Assembly: GCA_012295275.1 (NCBI GenBank)
Contig: CM022669.1
Coordinates: 16,926,001-16,990,000 of the forward strand
Direction of reading: 5' to 3'
DNA: 64,000 nt
Source: Chrysomallon squamiferum
Lineage: Eukaryota; Animalia; Mollusca
Positions 30,045-64,000 of the stretch are shown here, piece by piece. Positions within the stretch are counted from its first letter, which is position 1. The number at the start of each line of letters is the position of its first letter. The notes under the pieces were generated by a model, which saw nothing but the letters and a program-made list of their open reading frames with translations, was not told the DNA's origin and ran no database searches. A program made the translations under genes and the position numbers.

Positions 30045-30488
30045 CTAGGCCGTAATCAGACACTTTTTGAAATGGAGGCAAAAACACTTAATCGCCGTGC
30101 GGAGCGGGCCAAAAACATTTGGGCGAGGGGTCTGGGAGGTAAATGACAGTATACATTGCACCAGGGCAAGAACCGGGCTGTGACTGAAACGTGTGAAAAT
30201 GATGCTGTGTGCCTTAAATCATCAGGTGTTCAATAAAGCTGTTTGATGTCTGATTTCTTTGAAGTCAAAATTATGTCTTTCATCGCAACAATGTCGGTAG
30301 ACTTCGAACAGTAACGGTAGATATAAACGAATTCATTGACTGGGTATCGTTTATATCGGTGGAGTGATTAATATTTTATATTGTTTAAATGAAATCTTTG
30401 TATTAAAATAATAATAATAATAATAAAAAGATTGTCAATTTTGATATGAGGGATTTGCCTCATTTGCCTCAATGTAGTTACGGCAATG
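30045..30488. mobile_element. Degenerate MITE-like element
   Basis: Imperfect terminal inverted repeats GCCGTAA / TTACGGC with subterminal GAGGCAAA / TTTGCCTC and a GC-rich core. No clear TSD. Confidence 0.35.
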
Positions 30489-30624
30489 GTGGCTGTAAGA
30501 ATAAATAGTCTAATAATAGTCTTTATACGTCTAAATTATTGTTTTATTGTTCTGTTTTGGGAAAACTGTTACTGCTCAAAACTAAGTATGACAATAAAAT
30601 TATACCGTCGGCAAATAATCTGGA

Positions 30625-30752
30625 TGACGTCATTTTGCCCTTTATAACTAGAGTCATGACGTCATCGCGCACATGGAGGGCTGATAGTTGTATTTTTTCT
30701 GACGTTATTAGAAGAATCTTTAGACCGGAGCACGCACGATGACGTCATGACT
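30625..30752. promoter_or_regulatory. Cluster of three perfect CRE palindromes (TGACGTCA at 30625, 30657, 30740), two embedded in a 16-bp perfect inverted repeat
   Basis: AGTCATGACGTCATCG (30652-30667) and CGATGACGTCATGACT (30737-30752) are exact reverse complements. A regulatory function is inferred only. Confidence 0.4.
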
Positions 30753-31678
30753 ATAATAAAATGGGGCGCTCAGAATTTTTTAATTGTTCTCTTTTATTGT
30801 TGTACTTCTTTTGCTTTTATTAATACTGGACAGGTGAAACGGCAACATTAATTCCAAAATTAATAGTAAAAAACCCAATAACTTGGAAGTAGGAAAAACG
30901 CATTTTAAAATTATTTCTTCGTATAAAACTATATTTGTGAAGCAATCATAAAGCAATGACAGATAGGCGCATGTAATGATTTATTACTTTAATACAGTTT
31001 TAACAGATTTTAAAAGAACGTAATCATGTCAACTGAACTGTAATGAAAGATATATAAGCCAGTGTGAAAATTTCTCTTTATACCAGAACCAGTGTCTCTC
31101 ATTCATCAAACAGCAGTTGTGATTATTGTACTTAGCGATTTGGAAGGCCATTACGTGCTGAAATTTAGCAATGAAAATGTCTACAACTATCAAAATGGGT
31201 TAAGCTAACAAGAAAATAGATTAAACTGAGAGATTCTATGATTTATCAAGATAACAAAGAAGCATGCCAGACATTTTCATGTTCTATGCACCTTCTCAGA
31301 TTCTTCACTTTAAATGGTTATATCTTTTTAAAAATCTGTGTGTTTACATTGTGAAAGATTCATTTTGCACACTATTCAAATCTATCTAATTAGTTTTATC
31401 ACAGTTTGGCAGTGCTACCAGCCCTAGGTTGATACCAAACTAAATCTACCATCAAACCTTCTACATTTCGGGGAGTCTACAACAGTATTTTATTATTTTA
31501 TTTTATTTTTTAATATTACCTAATTTGACTTTGACAGATTCCACTTTGAGAATTAGTCTGTATTTTTTGGCTGGAAATACTACCAAAGTAATTACAGTAA
31601 AAATCTTACTGGAATGATATCATTCGTGAAAGATATATATTGGACATGGTACCTTGGTCTCTTCACTATTTTTTTCTT

Positions 31679-31746
<68 letters not shown>

Positions 31747-33451
31747 TCTTCTTCAAGGAAAATTGATTTTTCTTTTTACAATGCAATAGCTGTTGACAAT
31801 TCAAAATTTCAAAATCAGAAACTTTTTTGAGCAGCTATGATAGTGATGTCACATAGGTTTGGTATAGCAAACATTACTTGAAACACAAGATTATTATTTA
31901 AACAAAAACATTACATAATAAGATCAGCAGACAATCCATATAACCTGTCTATGAAATAAAAATGAATTTCATGTTTAGTCTTGGAACCCATTCTCAGGAT
32001 ATCACCTTCTGTTCCAAAATTTAAAAAATAAATATGAGATCTTAAAAAACAAATTGTAGTCCCAAGCATTTTGGATAAAGAATTCTCAGCTTACGTAATG
32101 TTTTCAAAAACAAAACCCAGAGTGATTTATATAAATAGTTTATTCTGGTTACTCACACTGAACAATGAATTACAACATGCATAGTATTACACATAGCATT
32201 TTAAATAGAAATAAATGAAAAATTTAAATAATACCGAAAAATATCTCATCAGTCTTGTGTTTTTGATAAGGAAACATTTTGTGTGTCTGCTAGAAAATCA
32301 CTGGCCAGGAAAGTTGTAAGTAAATAAATAAAAAAAAATGAACATGGTTAAGCTAAATAAAATGGTAATGTTATTTTATTTTTTTTTTTTTTCTCAATAT
32401 TTCAAATATTTTTTTGTTGTCATCGTTTAAGTCAGAATCAAGATCCGAATATTAAAATGAAGTATTATCTACAGACTACTGTATGTACATTTTTGTAAAA
32501 TTATTATTATCAAATGTCAGATGTGTTTTTGAAACATTTACTGTCTGCAGAACTATATAATTAAGTTTCAAATTTCAAAGAAAACCATCAGTAAGGTAAC
32601 TATACTAGTACAAGTAATATTTCTGTAAATGCCAGAAAACTGAAATATCATTTTCATTAAGATTTTTTTATTATATTAAATATTATTGCATTAAGATTCT
32701 TTTTATTATTATTATTATTGTTACTGACACATCAATAATGAAATAAAATCAGTTGTTATTGTCTTAGTCCTGTTTTTTTGTACATCAAGGGCAATAAAAC
32801 ATTTATTAAAATACAAAATATATTATAATATTTGTGATGTTAAATATTCACAATACAAATAATATTAATATTATTTGTTATGGATCCCTTTTGTTATTTG
32901 GTTTCCTGGGGATTTTTTTATTTTTTTATATATATATTTAGTTTTAAATGTACATAATGACAGTAATAGTGTAAAAAAATTCTAGTTGTTATTCCATTTC
33001 AGTATTGCTGAAACAACACTGTAATACAAAATTATAACTACTGATCTAATTACCTTGTCTATCTATAAACCTTCAAATGTATTCATGCACACATGTGCAT
33101 GCATGCATGCATACACAATCACAAGAGACCTACAGATACATACATACACAAAGGTATATTCATAATATTAATAGAGATTAAGCTAAAGAATGTATTATAC
33201 AAAATAATATAACAATTCTGTGCAAAAATGATCGTATTTATTTGCATGTTGTTATAATTTGTGATATATATATATATATATATATAAATAGTTTATTAAT
33301 TAGGTATGTATTTTCAAATACATTCTTTTGGAGTTAGCATTTTGTGTCACAAGAGAAAATTGTACATAAATGGCAAAATATTTCTCTAATAAAAAATAAA
33401 ATAATAATACAAAAATATTCATATTTGCATGAGACATCAAATTTAAGTCCA

Positions 33452-33474
33452 ATAATAATAATAATAATGGTAAC

Positions 33475-33525
<51 letters not shown>

Positions 33526-33549
33526 TATAATAATAATAATAATAATAAT
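33452..33549. repeat. (AAT)n microsatellite
   Basis: Direct reading; it explains the poly-Ile ORFs. Confidence 0.9.
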
Positions 33550-35588
33550 CATCATCAATCATCAAATTGTCATATGAAAAATCTCATTGCCAAACTTTGT
33601 TACAAAAGACTGGCTGATTATAAACATATAAAACAATCACGTGACAATATACAAAATATATTTTAGCTTATTTGTTTATACCATGGCAGATATGCTTCAA
33701 TAATTGTATTGCTTTTTTTCATACATATTCAGTATTACACAAATAACAAGCCTCAACATAATTTAATTTGTTATATTTCACAAAGAAACAATAAACAAAG
33801 ACATTAACACAATTAACATGCAAATTATATAAAATCAGAACATAATTAATTTAGACGTACAGTTTACACAACTCATATAGAAACGATAAGATCTCACATA
33901 TAATGTACACTTAATGCATTCAAAAGTAAAATATGAACATGTAATTAATATAAACAATAAAAAAAGAATTAGAACATAATTAATTTACACATGTATAATT
34001 CACATAAAATTAATACAAAAACAATAAATGAGGTTATCATTAACATAAACATTACAAAAACTAGGACACAATTTACACATGTATGATTTACATATATATA
34101 CATGATACAAATATAAACAAATAGTCTGAAGACACTGAATATTTCATTGAAAAATATGTTAATATAAATTTTATTTTGTTCGTTTTGGCTCCCGTTTTCA
34201 TGGACTGTAATAATTATCTACCTGATAATTACAAATCCATTGGTCCAATTGTTTTTTAATATAATGTGCTGCTTGTCCAAAACTGGACTATTTGTTTTAT
34301 AACTGAAAAAAAGCAACACAAAGCAACTGCTTCAGCAAACTTTCTAACACTATATCAGTGCTTTTATTATAGTTAAAAAGTTAAAGAAAAGTACTGATGC
34401 AGTCTCAAGCTTCTTGCAGTTAAGAAAAATATCTTTGAAATCCAACACTGCCATGTTAACAGAAAGTAAAAAAGTATTCATAATAACTTTCCATTTCTAA
34501 ATTGTAAATACAAAAATAAGCATAAATTAGACACATGAAAATTATTAACTGAAATCAAATATGCAGACACTGGCTTGCATATTAAGATGGCAAAATAAAT
34601 AAATAATTAAAACCCAGGTCTATTGTTTATTTTATTTTTAGTTTCTCTATTTCTTTTTTTTTTTCTTTTCTTTTTGTTGTTGTTTTGTAATATCCGAATA
34701 ACTAAAAAAAAAATTTAAAAAATGGATTTTACAAATAATGCCTTCAAGATTTATATAAAATATACAAAGCTTGGTACAAACAATTTTTTATTTCGACAAC
34801 TTGCTATTAATATCACAATTGATTAATAGCTAAAGCACTTTACAAAAGGACATTATGCATTACAAAATATATGAATAAAAATAACTTTCTGAGATGTATA
34901 CAACAATTATTTGTTTTCAGTTACAATTAGATATAAAATGTTATTAATAAACAACAGTGTATATAAGCAGGTACAGATTCTGTATAGATTGTTTCATGGC
35001 TCTGGTGTAATTCTGTAATGTCTGTTATATAACTTTTTCTGAGCTGCATACAACACTTATTTGTTTAGTTACAAGATAATGTTTATAAGACATTACAGCC
35101 ATATGTCCATTACAAAGAAAATGTTATTACTAAAGAGATGATTCTGTACAGTTTGTTTCATGGCTATATATAATACCTGTTATAAATTGGTCTGACTGTA
35201 GAGAGTTTGGTTCCTCCAAAAAATGTATTTTTTATCTAAAGTCTTTTGTAAAGAGTTTTACTTTCAGGCTATGTTTAATGTGTTTTTTGTCTAATGTCCA
35301 TTATAAAAAGATCTAACTGAAGAGAGTTTTGTTACATGCTGTGTCTATATTTTTTGTTTGTTCTGTCTAATATCTTTTATAAACAGGTTTCATTGTGTAT
35401 ATTTATGACCCAACACTATAAATGTTTTTATTGTAAAGATTTTGACATCCAGGTTAAGTTTAATGAAATATATGTTCATTACAAACAGATTTATTCCAAG
35501 TTGTGTCTAATACTTATTTTTTTTTTTTTTTTCATTGATGTCCATTATAAACAGGTTTCATTATACATAATTGTGATCTCTTCTGTGT

Positions 35589-60865
<25,277 letters not shown>

Positions 60866-61815
60866 CTGAAAAATAGAAAAATGATATTAATAATTACTGA
60901 TGAATAAATGGTAAGATATTATTTTTATTAATTTAGTAACAGCACCATAAGGTCTTCTAATGGCATAATACAATGGGCAATTTTTATCAAATAACAGCAG
61001 TTTATCATTTTTCTCACACAGGAGTGCGCATACCACTGTTTTGATATTCTAGTTATGAGGTATTCTCTGAAACTAAAACTGGTATAATGAGTATACAGAA
61101 TCAGATTTATCCATCCTGTCTTTCATTAGACTCCAGAGTACTGTTCTGTTTGGTACACAAGATATGAATTCTTTAATTTTAACAAATGAGTTTACAGTGT
61201 ATTCTCTCTGTATAAATGAATGCAATTTTTATTTCTTTAACCTTTTACAATTTATCCAAATATTTTAATACTGAAACACAATAACAGGTTCAGTTTTATT
61301 GACAGTATGTTAAATCTTTCATTTCTATGGATTTTTTCTTCTCTATATAAAGTTTTTTTCTTTATATAATTTTTTTCTTATTATTATTTTAAAAACATTT
61401 TCTTTACATAAAATGTTTTTTCCTTTTTCTTCTTTACTTATTAAAATGACTCTTTTCTTGGTGTCAGTGTGTATTTAAAAAGATGAGAATGTATGAGAAC
61501 AGTTTTGACAAAGCTGTTCTTAGTGATACTTGTTTACAGACTTCTTCAATTTGTTCAAAATAAAACCAACAGACCAGAACAGTCTGTAGAGTTTACACTC
61601 CATTAACTTTGAAATACTAAATACTTTACAAGATAAAAATAGACTAAGTTTATATTATCTTCTTCTACTGTTATGTCTGATAGTTATGACAAAGTCTTTT
61701 AGAAAAATTATAAACAGGTTCTCTGTCAATAGTTTAAAAAGAGTACGTATGTGTAAGTGTAATTATGTTTAAAAGTGCACTCACACAACCATTCACACAT
61801 GAACACACATAAACA

Positions 61816-61854
<39 letters not shown>

Positions 61855-61934
61855 TCACATACATATATCCAGACAACTCACTCATGCAAACACATGCATG
61901 CAACTCACAACTATTTACACATGAACACACATAA

Positions 61935-61973
<39 letters not shown>

Positions 61974-62067
61974 AACACATGAACACATATATATATCCAG
62001 ACAACAAAACTCACTCATGCAAACACATATATGCAACTCACAACTATTTACACATGAACACACACAT

Positions 62068-62118
<51 letters not shown>

Positions 62119-62819
62119 TACACAAGTACACATAGATGAAATTTACAGAACACATACAAGTGCATGATAAACTAAAATACACTTAGATGCATCCACACAA
62201 GCATTCATATATTCACACACATAAACATGTATATGTATATATATATATATGTTTTGTGATTGCAAACCACAGGAAGATTTATTTTTATATTTATTTTATA
62301 TATAAACAATTACCATAACACAAAATTCAGAAACTGTCAAAATAAAATCTAGCTATATCAGCATTAACACAATTTATTTTATTCCTGTACAAAAATGTTC
62401 AATAAACTGTAACAAACTACGCAGTTAAAAACTAACATCTTTATTTCCTTTAAAAACCCATCACATTTCTTTTGAATGTGGAAAAAAAAAAAAAAACGTT
62501 ATTAAAATTTATAATCACTTTTAGAACAGCACAGATGAGAAAACCTGAATCCTTTTTAAATTCAGTAATATTTACTTTTTTGTTATGTTCTGTTTACCCA
62601 GAATAAAGCCAGTTTAGCACAGTTTAACATAGTTTAAGTATTACTCATGTTTTTCTCATGCACAGAAGAAAAATACATACAAAAAGGATGTATACAGGCC
62701 AAATCCTGTTTATAGTATTTGTGAAAAGGTATGGATCCCACATGTTTTTGTTAAATATGCAGTTTGTAATTATTATATATCAAGTGTGTGCATATGTGTG
62801 TGTGTGTGTGTTTGTGTGT

Positions 62820-62852
<33 letters not shown>

Positions 62853-64000
62853 GGAGAAGGTGGGTGTGAGAGGGAGAGGGTGGGTTTGAGAGAAAGAGAC
62901 AATGGAAGACAGACAATGAGACAACAGATAAAAAAACACAAAATACAGATATAAAGAGAGAGTTAAAAAAAAAAAAATTCAAAATGAGACAAAAAAAGCT
63001 GAGGCAGAGGGAGGGTCAAATAAAAAATAATAAATAAATAAATGACACACTGTGTAAATGAGAGAAAAAAAAGAGACCATGAAAAAAATAAAAGAAATCT
63101 AATGATACTGATCCAGTTGTTAATGACAGACATTATATCCTTTTAAATTCATAAAAAAAAAAAAAAAAAAAAAAGGAAATTAAACATTAAAATTATTTTT
63201 AGTCAGTTTCAAATGTCTTCCAGATCTTATCAGAATTTAATTTTTTATTTTAATATAGCCTGTAATAACTGGTCTGGGAGGTTTCATTTTTTTTTTTTTT
63301 TTTTTTTGTACACTCAATTTTTATTTTATTTTTATCTAAGTAAAAATGTTCACACACTGCTCCACAAGTTTATTATTGTGACTGGCACTCTTTAAAATAG
63401 AACTCTCACTCTATTAAATAGGCTAAGCCATTCTTCCACTTAAATGTATGTGTCAACAGAACAGGCTGCAAGCAACTGTCAGTTTCAGCTGGTATGTCTA
63501 ATTGCTGCAATTTTCTTTTGTTTGCCAATAACTGAGGCATAAACACTGATACTGGAAACCAAAATAGAGAAGTATTTAACGACCAAATTACAGCAATTTG
63601 AAAGCACAGATTTAATGTTATCTGCCATCAGGTGAATATTACAGAGTAGGTCAAAGGACAGTCAGGCTATTCATTTGATTGGCCCATTATGTGTGATATT
63701 TTCTTGATGGCTAGTCATGTGTTCTTAAGAATGTTATGGTACTGTAATGTAGCATCTTTTTATTTATTTCGTGGACTTAACATTCCAGCTGTGGCATACA
63801 TAAGTTCTTTCATGGACAGTAATATTTCCAACATCAAACCATTGTGACAATATTTTGCACATAACAAATAATCTTTATGTCAATACCACAGTATTTGTGT
63901 GACTCTAGCTAGTTAATGTTAAAGCACATTCATCCTGGATCCACTGTCTAGCCTTAGTAATGATGTCGTTAAGGACATAGTATTTACTGTGTTTTGCACA

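Noticed and set aside
60866-64000. Further upstream exons of the PDZ gene
   Set aside because: I found no exon encoding the missing first half of the PDZ domain (GLGF loop) with a phase-0 donor. The region appears intronic.

Overview
AT-rich, microsatellite-dense animal genomic DNA with spliceosomal introns; a lophotrochozoan or mollusc origin is my inference. The left 29 kb is a cluster of six paralogous hedgehog-related (Hog/Hint-domain) genes, which I reconstructed by hand as 7-exon models including two microexons and a conserved GC-AG intron. Copy A (- strand) has exons 1-3 in the window and runs off the left edge. Copy B (+) is 5'-truncated. Copies C, D (+) and F (-) are intact at 280, 279 and 275 aa. 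Copy E (+) has a nonsense codon right after the cleavage site. Each complete copy encodes a signal peptide, a ~60-aa hypervariable 8-Cys peptide (CxC..C..CGC..CC..C) and a conserved Hog autoprocessing domain. The Hog domain keeps the catalytic Cys and the TxxH His, but has lost the cholesterolysis Asp (TFLDR->TFLKR), the SCY Cys and the HWY motif of the sterol-recognition region. This looks like a diversifying, toxin/defensin-style peptide family released by a rewired Hedgehog-type intein, and is the main candidate novel system. The right 29 kb holds the 3' part of a large multi-PDZ gene (PDZD2/pro-IL-16/big bang-like, - strand) with one apparent 1-nt frameshift. Its 15-kb intron contains a decayed Sola2-like DNA transposon with ~620-bp TIRs.
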